DNA from: an uncultured Rickettsiales bacterium
GTDB taxonomy: Bacteria; Pseudomonadota; Alphaproteobacteria; Rickettsiales; UBA8987
Reading direction: 5' to 3'
Length of the DNA: 64,000 nucleotides
Assembly (NCBI GenBank): GCA_964588995.1
Contig: CAZPQM010000010.1
Span: 910 to 64,909 of the forward strand
A model generated the notes under the pieces. That model was not told where the DNA came from, made no database searches, and saw only the letters and a list, made by a program, of their open reading frames with translations. Position numbers and translations under genes: made by a program. Every line of letters begins with the position of its first letter. The first letter of the stretch is position 1. This document shows positions 18,068 through 27,056 of this stretch, in pieces.

Positions 18068-19168
18068 ATGCGCAAACGGCCCGCGCCACATCACCCCTCC
18101 CTGTTAACGCTTGAGCCTTACGTGCCGGGCCGGTCGGCCATTGCCGGGCGCGACAAGGTCATCAAGCTGTCCTCGAACGAGAACCCGTTCGGGTGTTCAC
18201 CGCGGGTTGAAGAGGTGCTGGATCAGAATTTCGCGCTGCACCGTTACCCGGACGGCGGACATAGCGCGCTTAGGGAGGCTATTGCGGAGATGTACACGGT
18301 CAATCCGGAGCAGGTAGTCTGCGGGGTCGGATCGGACGAATTGATTAATTTGCTGGCCGATGCCTATGCCGGTGAAGGGGATGATGTGCTCTATAGCGAG
18401 CATGGCTTCCTGATGTACCCGATTGCAGCCACGCGCGTAGGTGCAACGCCGGTAGCGGTGCAGGAAACCGGGCTGAAGGCCGATGTCGAATCCTTAATCG
18501 CAGCCCTCACCGAGGACACCAAGCTGCTTTACCTTGCCAATCCGAATAATCCGACCGGCAGCTATCTAAGCGAGCAGGAGCTATATAAGCTGCACAAAGC
18601 ACTGCCGGAAGATGTGTTGCTGGTAATTGATAACGCCTATGCCGAATATGTGACAGCAGAGGATTATACGGACGGGCGCGAGCTGGTAGCCGAGTTCGAT
18701 AATGTGGTGATCACGCAGACATTCTCGAAAATATATGGCCTCGGCGGCATGCGGGTCGGCTGGTGCGTCGCCCCGCCGCATATTGCAGAGACGCTGAACC
18801 GTATTCGTAGTCCGTTCAACCTCTCCGTCGTAGCGCAGGAACTCGCAGTCGCCGCCTTGAACGATCAGGATTTTGTAGAGCAATCAGCCAAGCATAACAG
18901 CTATTGGCGCAATAAATTAAGCAAGGCGTTAGGCGAGCTAGGCTTTACCGTCTATCCGAGCGAGGCCAATTTTATTCTGATGGATTGTGAGGATGCCAGG
19001 TGGGCGGATAAGCTGAATGGCTATTTGCTCGATAAGGGCATTATCGTTCGGCAGGTGGGTGCCTACAAACTTCCAAGCTGCTTGCGGGTTACGGTCGGTT
19101 TAGAGGCAGAAAATGAAGCGTTTCTGAACGCAATAGAACAGTTTATCGATGAACACGCGCGCACTTAG
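18068..19168 (+). CDS. hisC: histidinol-phosphate aminotransferase
   Basis: LSSNENPFG, NPNNPTG, TFSKIYGLGGMRVGW (PLP lysine) and LRVTVG motifs. Confidence 0.9.
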   Translation: MRKRPAPHHPSLLTLEPYVPGRSAIAGRDKVIKLSSNENPFGCSPRVEEVLDQNFALHRYPDGGHSALREAIAEMYTVNPEQVVCGVGSDELINLLADAYAGEGDDVLYSEHGFLMYPIAATRVGATPVAVQETGLKADVESLIAALTEDTKLLYLANPNNPTGSYLSEQELYKLHKALPEDVLLVIDNAYAEYVTAEDYTDGRELVAEFDNVVITQTFSKIYGLGGMRVGWCVAPPHIAETLNRIRSPFNLSVVAQELAVAALNDQDFVEQSAKHNSYWRNKLSKALGELGFTVYPSEANFILMDCEDARWADKLNGYLLDKGIIVRQVGAYKLPSCLRVTVGLEAENEAFLNAIEQFIDEHART

Positions 19169-19259
19169 CATTCTAATTCTGGTCATTGCGGCGCTGCTGT
19201 GGCTCGCAGTGATCCTTGCCGCCCGCTAACTTTACTCCTTCACATGACCAAAGTGAAGG

Positions 19260-20201
19260 TTAATCCGTCACAAACTTACTTGGATTCTCGACGGCGTTCA
19301 GATCCACCGGTTGGCGCTGTTCAAGAAAGTTTTCTGCCTTCGGTTGCGCAGAGCCAGCTGCCGGTGAGATTTTGGCAATCGCTTCCAGCTCATCCCGTTC
19401 GGTTACATCGCCGTCGACCAGTAAGACACGGCGTTTGCCTGAGGGCTTTACGATGCCAGACTTCTCCGCACTGGCCCGCTGGGATGCAGGCGCAGGGTCC
19501 TGCTCGCGGCTTGGGCTATCTGTAGCCGGGAGCGCGTCACGACCTTTTACACTCACGGTGCCCCGCTGCTCGGTATAGGTAGCGAGGTTATCCAATTCCG
19601 CTTCAGTAGCACCTTCATTCACCAGCAGGACTTTCCGCTTTTTCGGGGTAGCAGCTTTTACGGATTCCGCCTGTACAGGCCGGGTGGTTGCAGTTGCCGC
19701 TTTAGGCTTGACCGAAGGCGACACAGTTGAAGGTTTACGCGGCTTTTCCGCCTTTAGATTGGTAAGCAGGGTGTCATTAGCGAGCTTGCGCGTTGGTTTG
19801 ATTTCAGGTGTTTCCGCTATTTCCGGTTCCATATCGTGTTGCTTCCCCTCTATCTCCGGCTTGAGAGAGGCTTCGATCGCACGTTTTTCATCCTCGGTCA
19901 GCGGCATCGCCTCCGCAGGTTTAGATGCTTCTTCCGGTACGTTAGCGGCAGGGACTGGCATGTCTTCTGCCATCAAGGCTTCGCTGGTTTCTTCAATTAT
20001 CGTTTCATAGGAAGGAGGCGCATTCGCCGTGACCGGGGCGTGAATGCCGTTCGTTTCCGGCTCAGGTTGCTGTGTAATAGTCAGCGTGATGCCGGTTGCG
20101 ATAAAGATCCCGATTAATACCGAAATGACCGCCGCGCGGTGCGTGATAAATAGTGCAGCTAGAATAGATGCAATCAGAGCAAGAACGATAATATAAAGCA
20201 T
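19260..20201 (-). CDS. membrane-anchored hypothetical protein with an internal duplication
   Basis: Two N-terminal TM helices are followed by an E/P/A-rich region and two related segments, KRKVLLVNEGATEAELDNLA and KRRVLLVDGDVTERDELEAIA. I recognise no family. Confidence 0.45.
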   Translation of the reverse strand: MLYIIVLALIASILAALFITHRAAVISVLIGIFIATGITLTITQQPEPETNGIHAPVTANAPPSYETIIEETSEALMAEDMPVPAANVPEEASKPAEAMPLTEDEKRAIEASLKPEIEGKQHDMEPEIAETPEIKPTRKLANDTLLTNLKAEKPRKPSTVSPSVKPKAATATTRPVQAESVKAATPKKRKVLLVNEGATEAELDNLATYTEQRGTVSVKGRDALPATDSPSREQDPAPASQRASAEKSGIVKPSGKRRVLLVDGDVTERDELEAIAKISPAAGSAQPKAENFLEQRQPVDLNAVENPSKFVTD

Positions 20202-20305
20202 AGCTTCTCCCGTATAGGTTTCGTCCCTCCTGCCAACCGCTGGTGGTTATAACGGAAGCAGCAACGAAAATCCAGTGGAAAAGTTTTAATTATGGAAAAT
20301 AAAGG

Positions 20306-21484
20306 TCAGGCCTTTAACTTCTCGGCCAAATCGGTCTTCTCCCAGCTGAAGTGCCCTTCCTCAGTCGGTATACGACCAAAATGGCCATAAGCTGCACTGG
20401 GCTTGTAGATCGGCTTATGCAACTCCAGATGTTGCCGCAAGCCCCACGGTGTAAGATCCACCAGCTCAGTAAGCCGGTCTGCGATCTCATCTTCTGTGAT
20501 AACCCCCGTACCATGCGTATTCACATAGAGTCCGAGCGGTTTTGCCACCCCAATCGCATAGGCAAGCTGGATCGTACATACATCGGCCAGCCCGCTCGCC
20601 ACCACGTTTTTCGCGAGGTAGCGCGTCATGTACGCCGCCGATCGGTCTACCTTAGAGGGGTCTTTACCGGAAAACGCACCACCTCCGTGTGGCGCGGCTC
20701 CGCCATAGGTGTCGACGATAATCTTGCGTCCCGTCAGCCCGGCGTCGCCGTCCGGACCACCAATGACAAATTTTCCGGTGGGGTTGATATATATCTCCTC
20801 TTCCGGTGGCATCCAGCCTTTAGGCAGCGTTTGCTCAATGTAAGGCAGCACCAGTTCACGCACCTTATCGAGTGTGTAATCTTCATGATGTTGGATCGAA
20901 AGCACAACATTATGCGCCGCATAGGGCTCCACACCGCGATATTTAACCGAAACCTGACTTTTCGCGTCCGGCCCGAGCCCTTGCAGCTTGCCGCTGCGGA
21001 TATCCTTGAAAATGTTTTGCAGTAGCTTATGTGAGTAATAGATCGGTGCCGGCATCAGCTCATCGGTCTCACGGCAGGCATAGCCGAACATAATGCCCTG
21101 ATCGCCCGCGCCTTCGGTTGCACCGCCCTGATTATCAACGCCCTGTGCAATATCAGCCGATTGCTCGTGCAGGAAATTCTGGATTTCCACATCCTGCCAG
21201 TGAAAGCCCTCTTGTTCATAACCGATTTCGCGGATCAACTCGCGCACCAGCGCATCAATTTTTGTCGCTACCTTACCGGGGCCGCGTACCTCACCCGCAA
21301 TGATCACTCGGTTGGTGGTCGTCAGCGTTTCAATCGCCAAACGTGAATACGGGTCTTCCTGCAGATACGCATCGGCGAGCGTGTCAGAAATCTGGTCCGC
21401 GACCTTATCCGGGTGTCCTTCCGATACGGATTCCGAAGTAAAAATAAATTCGCGCTTTGCGTAATGCTCCTGATCCAACGCCAT
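20306..21484 (-). CDS. metK: S-adenosylmethionine synthase
   Basis: [51 protein letters not shown]: canonical MetK. Confidence 0.95.
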   Translation of the reverse strand: MALDQEHYAKREFIFTSESVSEGHPDKVADQISDTLADAYLQEDPYSRLAIETLTTTNRVIIAGEVRGPGKVATKIDALVRELIREIGYEQEGFHWQDVEIQNFLHEQSADIAQGVDNQGGATEGAGDQGIMFGYACRETDELMPAPIYYSHKLLQNIFKDIRSGKLQGLGPDAKSQVSVKYRGVEPYAAHNVVLSIQHHEDYTLDKVRELVLPYIEQTLPKGWMPPEEEIYINPTGKFVIGGPDGDAGLTGRKIIVDTYGGAAPHGGGAFSGKDPSKVDRSAAYMTRYLAKNVVASGLADVCTIQLAYAIGVAKPLGLYVNTHGTGVITEDEIADRLTELVDLTPWGLRQHLELHKPIYKPSAAYGHFGRIPTEEGHFSWEKTDLAEKLKA

Positions 21485-21704
21485 ACCATACCCCTCTGAT
21501 TCTGTAACTGCACTTTCGTTCGGCGGAGATTAGCCGAGCGTTACGGTAAATGCAAAGATTAAAGTTACGATCTCAGGAGCGAGGTGTCAAACAAGGAGCG
21601 TACAACAACTTAATGCAGTTGGGCTAAGCAACGTTGCGACGTAGGTTATCATTATATGAAGTGGTGATATCTGAAGCGGTGAGGCTAAAATGAGCCCACT
21701 ATAC

Positions 21705-22406
21705 CTAAAACCCGTGATAGGCTCGGTTATCGGAATCGATGGAGCGCATCAGCTCGTTATAGGGCGACTCATCCATTTTATATTTCCACTCAGGATGTTC
21801 CTCATGTGGTTTGAGCGGGGCGGATTGGTAGATCGGGGGAGCCTGTTGTTCTGGCGCCAGCGGTTCCAACCCGGCCTGCATGCGCATTTGGTTATAAGCG
21901 GCATCGGCCTCCGTTCCTCCGCCTCCGGTCGGTGCCTTCGTGGCAGAGCGCCCTATGCCCGCCGGGTCCCAGTTTGCCGGAGGGGTCCAGGCGCCGGCCG
22001 TATTTTGCGGCGGTGTAGGTTGCGCTTGCGGATAGTTGCCATAATGTGACGGCGGGGATGGCGGTGCAGGTAAAGGACGCTCGGTTGCGGAATGAATATC
22101 GTAACGTTGGGATAGTGGCGTCATTGTCTGAGCGCCTTGTGGCATCGGTGGCGCATCGCCTTGCGGCTGGGTTGCCGGTGCAAGAGCCTGCATAGCGCCG
22201 GGTTCCGCTCTTGCAGGGGACCGTGCCGGCGGCGGACTGCCGCCGAAGCAGAATGATCGTCCTTCGCAAGCCGGCGTATCACCCCATGTCGGCATCTTCT
22301 CACCGATGCGGTAACTGAAATCCTTATAAGCGCGCCATACACCGCAGCCGGACAGGCTGGCGGTAAGCACCACACATACGGATGTAAGGACTAAAACCCG
22401 CTTCAT
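21705..22406 (-). CDS. proline-rich lipoprotein, unknown function
   Basis: MKRVLVLTSVCVVLTASLSGC lipobox signal. The mature part is P/A/Q-rich. Confidence 0.55.
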   Translation of the reverse strand: MKRVLVLTSVCVVLTASLSGCGVWRAYKDFSYRIGEKMPTWGDTPACEGRSFCFGGSPPPARSPARAEPGAMQALAPATQPQGDAPPMPQGAQTMTPLSQRYDIHSATERPLPAPPSPPSHYGNYPQAQPTPPQNTAGAWTPPANWDPAGIGRSATKAPTGGGGTEADAAYNQMRMQAGLEPLAPEQQAPPIYQSAPLKPHEEHPEWKYKMDESPYNELMRSIDSDNRAYHGF

Positions 22407-22438
22407 GACTGTAGTATAGCATAAAAGCGGCGGATAAC

Positions 22439-22906
22439 CTAACGAATAGCAAAGGTACCTGCGACCTCGACCGCAACGCCCATCGGCAGGGTAGCGACGC
22501 CGTAGGCCACGCGGGCATGTGCGCCGATGTCATCGCCAAAGGCTTTCAGGATGATGTCCGAGGCGCCGTTTGCGACTACATGCGGCTCGGTAAAATTCGG
22601 GGCGCTCGCAACCAGAATCTCCAGCTTGAGCACCGCACTCACGCGGGACAGCTCCCCCTCACAGGCATTTCTCAGATGGGAGAGGATATTTAACGCGCAG
22701 ACGCTTGCAGCCGCCTTACCGTCCTCTACGGCTACGCCGCTGCCCAAATGACCTTCCGCTGCCACTTCACCGTTGATGATCGGCAACTGGCCGGACACAT
22801 AAACGACATTATTTTCAATACGGTAAGGTACATAGGACGCCGCCGGGGCGGACACGGCCGGAAGCTCGATCCCGGCTGCTTTCAAATTTTCTTCAGGGGT
22901 AGACAC
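22439..22906 (-). CDS. RidA/YjgF family protein
   Basis: YVSGQLP..G, the endoribonuclease L-PSP fold pattern, and a C-terminal VEVAGTFAI. I prefer the GTG start at 22906, which is preceded by AAGGAG 7 nt upstream; the track ORF starts at 22939. Confidence 0.8.
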   Translation of the reverse strand: MSTPEENLKAAGIELPAVSAPAASYVPYRIENNVVYVSGQLPIINGEVAAEGHLGSGVAVEDGKAAASVCALNILSHLRNACEGELSRVSAVLKLEILVASAPNFTEPHVVANGASDIILKAFGDDIGAHARVAYGVATLPMGVAVEVAGTFAIR

Positions 22907-22996
22907 GGGTAACTCTCCTTTATAAAAACAACAGCGCATTCATACGCAGCGTACAAAGGGAAGTCTATAAACTATTTCTAAGAAGGCAACCGCTAT

Positions 22997-23395
22997 TTAC
23001 ACCGAACGGGATGCATCGCCACGATTCTGGGCCTGCAGTACGCGCATTTCGGGATCGGTGAGATTTGGCATGTTTTCTGTAGGGTTCAGACCTTTTCCAA
23101 GCTCAGCAGCTTCTCGCCCCATTGCCAGGGCTTGACCCGCTCCCTTATTATATTCGGCTTCGTATCTAAGATTTTCTAAAGTAATAACACCTCCATCCAG
23201 AGCATAGATGGCTGGTATAGCAACATCCTGATATGCGATAGCAGCTAATCGCACGCCGTCAGGTAATTCCGGGTCGGTTGGATCAACTTGTGCCAGATTA
23301 ACGCCCCCGAACTTGTCCAGATCAACCGGCGGTTCCTGCTTAAGCAATTCGTACCGTGTGGCCTCCAATGCGTATTCTTCTATTTCTGTAGGCAT
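22997..23395 (-). CDS. hypothetical protein
   Basis: 132-aa ORF with plausible composition. I recognise no family. Confidence 0.4.
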   Translation of the reverse strand: MPTEIEEYALEATRYELLKQEPPVDLDKFGGVNLAQVDPTDPELPDGVRLAAIAYQDVAIPAIYALDGGVITLENLRYEAEYNKGAGQALAMGREAAELGKGLNPTENMPNLTDPEMRVLQAQNRGDASRSV

Positions 23396-23658
23396 GCTGT
23401 CTAACCTTTAAATAAGTTTTTAGCATAGTAGCACATTTGTCAAAAGTATGCAAAATCAGCTTGCCCACCTTACACGCGGTAGGTGCTGCGGCGTTGAATA
23501 TCTGAGTAATTAAAACAATAATGTACACATTTGTATCTATAGCATCCAGAAAGGTGAGCCTTGTTCATTGTCCCCACCGTATAAAACGCTTCCCTGTAGG
23601 CTCATTTTGTTTTACTCATCCTTTGCCTAGCAACGGAGCAAAGGAAACATAAGGTAAA

Positions 23659-25107
23659 ATGACACCGGAAATTTTACTAATGATGATGTTATTTGCACTT
23701 GTAGGCGGGTTGCTATCCGGTTTCCCCGTCGCGTTTGTGCTACCAGGCATTGCCCTCCTGTTCGCATTTCTGGGCGCGAGCCTTGGCGCGTTTGATCTAA
23801 CCTACATCCACGCCTGGCCGGAGCGTATTTTCGGAATTATGATGAATGAGCTTTTGCTTGCCGTTCCGCTGTTTATTTTTATGGGCGTCTGCCTCGAAAA
23901 AGCACGGATTGCCGAAGAATTACTGGAGACAATGGCGAAGCTCTTTAAAGGCCTGCATGGCGGCATGGCGCTTTCGGTTGTCGTAGTCGGGGCGCTGCTC
24001 GGTGCTTCCACGGGTATTGTCGGTGCGACCGTGGTGACGATGGGGCTGATATCTTTGCCTGCGATGCTGCACAATAAATACGGCCATTCGATCGCCTGTG
24101 GCACGATCTGCGCCGCCGGTACGCTCGGCCAGATCATCCCGCCCTCCATTGTGCTCATCCTGCTCGGCGATCAGCTCTCCAGCGCCTATCAGAACGCGCA
24201 GATGCAGATCGGTAATTTTGCCCCCGAGCCGCTTTCAGTGGCGGATTTGTTTGTCGGCGCGCTTTTGCCGGGGCTGATGCTCGTACTCAGCTATATGGCG
24301 TGGATTGTGATATACGGATACTGGCGGCCAAATGCGATTCCGCGCCGCGATAGCATTCAGGGTGCAGTCAGCTTCCGACAAACGCTCCGTATTCTTTTAC
24401 CCCCGCTCTTACTGATTATTATCGTGCTCGGCAGTATTCTGGCAGGTATTGCAACTGCCACCGAGGCCGCTTCCATCGGCGCGGTCGGCGCGATGATACT
24501 GGCTGCCTTCCACCGCCGGCTAAACCGTACGACGCTGCACGATATCTGCGTGGAAACGGCTACGGTTACCTGTATGATTTTCGCGATTCTCATCGGTGCG
24601 GCGCTGTTTACTCTGGTGTTCCGGGGCTATGGGGGCGATGAGATGATCCATGCCCTGCTGGCCGATTTACCGGGTGGGCTGTTTACGGCGATGCTCGTCG
24701 TCATGCTCGCCATGTTTCTGCTCGGCTTTTTTCTCGATTTTATCGAGATCATTTTTGTGGTGGTGCCGATTGTCGCCCCGGCCCTGTTCTTGCTCGGGGC
24801 GAACCCGATCTGGCTGGGCGTAATGATTGCCATCAACCTGCAAACCTCGTTCCTCACACCGCCTTTCGGCTTCTCACTGTTTTACTTGCGCGGAGTAGCG
24901 CCTAAACGGGTGAAGACCACAGCCATTTATCACGGTGCCATTCCTTTCGTTATCATTCAGCTCCTGATGCTCCTGTTGATAGCGGCGGCTCCCCAGATAA
25001 CGACCTGGCTGCCCGGTGCACTGTATGAAACGGACTTTTCGGGCGAAACGGGCGTTCTGCCACCAAGCTTGCCGGAGGTAGAAGTCGAACAAATGATTGA
25101 CTTTTAG
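23659..25107 (+). CDS. dctM: TRAP transporter large permease subunit (DctM family)
   Basis: 482-aa polytopic protein. LLAVPLFIFMG, GGMALSVVVVGALLGASTG and GQIIPPSIVLILLG match DctM. No dctQ or dctP lies nearby. Confidence 0.85.
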   Translation: MTPEILLMMMLFALVGGLLSGFPVAFVLPGIALLFAFLGASLGAFDLTYIHAWPERIFGIMMNELLLAVPLFIFMGVCLEKARIAEELLETMAKLFKGLHGGMALSVVVVGALLGASTGIVGATVVTMGLISLPAMLHNKYGHSIACGTICAAGTLGQIIPPSIVLILLGDQLSSAYQNAQMQIGNFAPEPLSVADLFVGALLPGLMLVLSYMAWIVIYGYWRPNAIPRRDSIQGAVSFRQTLRILLPPLLLIIIVLGSILAGIATATEAASIGAVGAMILAAFHRRLNRTTLHDICVETATVTCMIFAILIGAALFTLVFRGYGGDEMIHALLADLPGGLFTAMLVVMLAMFLLGFFLDFIEIIFVVVPIVAPALFLLGANPIWLGVMIAINLQTSFLTPPFGFSLFYLRGVAPKRVKTTAIYHGAIPFVIIQLLMLLLIAAAPQITTWLPGALYETDFSGETGVLPPSLPEVEVEQMIDF

Positions 25108-25363
25108 GTTTTTTCTTTAACCAACAGTTTGTTCTGTCTCATTTAGGGACAATCCTGTTAACGCAGTTCGGTTAAAATGTTGGTCATGCTTTAATGAAAT
25201 ATGCGTAAAATACGTAATTTCAAATAGCTTTGGTTTCAGTCACTTAATAAGATAGCAACAGATCACCGAAAAATTAGGTAAAATTTTAGTTAATTTGCAA
25301 TTGTATTTTCTTTGACCACACGTCTCTTTTTACATAATATTTAAGTAGGGAGAGAGAAAGAAA

Positions 25364-25786
25364 ATGATGCAGAGTGGGGATAAAGAAGGAAGCAATGTCG
25401 TTGCGCTGCAAGCGGACGATTTCGTCAGTTGCAACAGATTTGGAATGCGGCTGATAGCGGCGGGGCTTATTACACCGCAACAGCGTGACGAGATTGTTTC
25501 TAAACAGAACGAATACCGAGAAAAAGGCGTGATCGTACGTTTTGGCGAAGTCGCGCTTCTGGAAGGTTATTGTACGCGCGATCAATTGGAAAACTTACCC
25601 GGATATATTGGAAATGCCTTAGTACAGCTTGGCGTGATTACGCGCGCTGATAAGGAGCAAATACTACGCTGGCAATATGATTTACGCGCCAAAGGCACTG
25701 ACCTGCGCTTCGGGGATATTGCAGTGAATGAAGGCTATTGCACACGCGACGATGTCGAAATGGCGGCTGAAGCTGTATCCAGCTGA
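25364..25786 (+). CDS. small protein with tandem T2SSE_N/MshEN-like repeats (candidate c-di-GMP binder)
   Basis: Four helical repeat units: RFGMRLIAAGLITPQQRDEIVSKQ, RFGEVALLEGYCTRDQLENL, YIGNALVQLGVITRADKEQILRWQ and RFGDIAVNEGYCTRDDVEMA. Unit 1 fits the published MshEN motif RLGxx(L/I/V)(L/I/V)xxG(L/I/V)(L/I/V)xxxxLxxxLxxQ at nearly all positions. Confidence 0.4.
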   Translation: MMQSGDKEGSNVVALQADDFVSCNRFGMRLIAAGLITPQQRDEIVSKQNEYREKGVIVRFGEVALLEGYCTRDQLENLPGYIGNALVQLGVITRADKEQILRWQYDLRAKGTDLRFGDIAVNEGYCTRDDVEMAAEAVSS

Positions 25787-26983
25787 TTACACATCCAGCA
25801 ACAAGCGCGTCGGATCTTCCATTGCCTCTTTAATCCGAACAAGGAACGTCACGGCCTCACGACCATCCACAATGCGGTGATCGTAAGACAACGCAATATA
25901 CATCATGCTGCGGGCCTGAATCGAACCGTCCGGCATGACCATCGGGCGCTTGACGATATTATGCAGCCCGAGAATCCCCGATTGCGGCGGATTGATAATC
26001 GGCGTGGAGAGCATAGAACCATAAATCCCGCCATTGGTGATGGAGAACGTGCCACCCTGCATTTCTGAAACCGACAGTTTACCCGCGCGTGCTTTCTTCG
26101 CCATATTGATAATTTCATTTTCAATGTCGGCAAAGCTCATCTGGTCCGCATTGCGGATAACCGGGACAACCAGCCCCTGCTCCGTACCGACCGCAATGCC
26201 AATATCGTAGTAATTTTTATAGATAATCTCATCACCGGAAATTTCTGCGTTGATGCCGGGCAGTTCTTTAAGAGCGCGAATCGCCGCCTTGGTGAACAGG
26301 CTCATAAAGCCGAGCTTGACGCCATGACGATCTACGAAATTATCCTGATATTGCTTCCGCAGCGCCATGATATCCGTCATATCGACTTCATTAAACGTCG
26401 TCAGAATCGCGGCGGTATTCTGGGATTCTTTCAACCGGCGCGCAATCGCCTGACGGAGACGGGTCATTTTTACCCGCTCTTCGCGTGGCCCGGCCTGTGG
26501 TGCTTCCACTCCACCAAAGCCGACATTGAGCGCATGAAGCACATCACCTTTGGTGACCCGGCCATCTTTACCGCTGCCTTCAATCTGGTTTTCGGAGATA
26601 TTATTCTCTGCCATCAGCTTGCGCGCAGCCGGACCGGCGTTCGAATCTACATTAGCCGCCTCTTTGCTTTCCTGCGGTTTCGGCTCGGTGCTGGTCGCCT
26701 CGGCTGCTTTTTCCTTCGGCGCTTCGCCGCTTTCCTTACCGCTAGCCCCAGCCTCCATGACCGCCAGCAGCTGATCAACCTCGACCGTATCACCCTCTTC
26801 GGCTTTCACCTCTGTCAGCGCGCCATCGTCTGGCGCATTCACTTCCAGCGTTACCTTGTCGGTTTCCAGCTCAACAATCAGCTCGTCTTTCTTAACGGCG
26901 TCACCGGCCTGCTTATACCATTTTGCAACCGTCGCTTCTGATACGGATTCACCGAGCGTGGGAACGAGAATATCGATAGCCAT
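25787..26983 (-). CDS. sucB: 2-oxoglutarate dehydrogenase E2, dihydrolipoyllysine-residue succinyltransferase
   Basis: Lipoyl domain ([11 protein letters not shown]), a PSBD-like segment ([10 protein letters not shown]), and a catalytic domain ending [15 protein letters not shown]. Confidence 0.95.
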   Translation of the reverse strand: MAIDILVPTLGESVSEATVAKWYKQAGDAVKKDELIVELETDKVTLEVNAPDDGALTEVKAEEGDTVEVDQLLAVMEAGASGKESGEAPKEKAAEATSTEPKPQESKEAANVDSNAGPAARKLMAENNISENQIEGSGKDGRVTKGDVLHALNVGFGGVEAPQAGPREERVKMTRLRQAIARRLKESQNTAAILTTFNEVDMTDIMALRKQYQDNFVDRHGVKLGFMSLFTKAAIRALKELPGINAEISGDEIIYKNYYDIGIAVGTEQGLVVPVIRNADQMSFADIENEIINMAKKARAGKLSVSEMQGGTFSITNGGIYGSMLSTPIINPPQSGILGLHNIVKRPMVMPDGSIQARSMMYIALSYDHRIVDGREAVTFLVRIKEAMEDPTRLLLDV

Positions 26984-27056
26984 CTAAATACCTTATACCG
27001 AGATTGAAAAAGTCGAGTGCAGGTATGCACTTTAGCGAGGGATTAGTCAAGTCCCA

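Noticed and set aside
19149-19229. 26-codon hydrophobic ORF (MNTRALSILILVIAALLWLAVILAAR) overlapping the end of hisC
   Set aside because: It is too short, has no RBS, and overlaps the hisC stop region. There is no support beyond hydrophobicity.
19237-19259. 7-bp stem hairpin (ccttcac..gtgaagg) between convergent hisC and the 19260-20201 gene; a similar hairpin gaggcgc..gcgcctc lies at 44923-44948
   Set aside because: No U-tract follows on either strand, so I cannot support a call as an intrinsic terminator.
21485-21704. Possible SAM riboswitch in the ~220-nt region upstream of metK (hairpin tcggc-taatctc-gccga ~50 nt before the ATG; TTGACA-like box further upstream)
   Set aside because: I could not find the conserved SAM-II/SAM-V elements (such as the AAAGCU pseudoknot strand), and I do not remember the SAM/SAH consensus well enough to match it. 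A covariance-model scan (Rfam SAM-II, SAM-V, SAM-SAH) would settle it.
25108-25363. AT-rich 256-nt intergenic region scanned for CtrA boxes (TTAA-N7-TTAA), dif, parS and DnaA boxes
   Set aside because: Several TTAA-containing strings are present, but none has the correct spacing or flanks. No dif, parS or DnaA-box consensus was seen here or elsewhere in the window.
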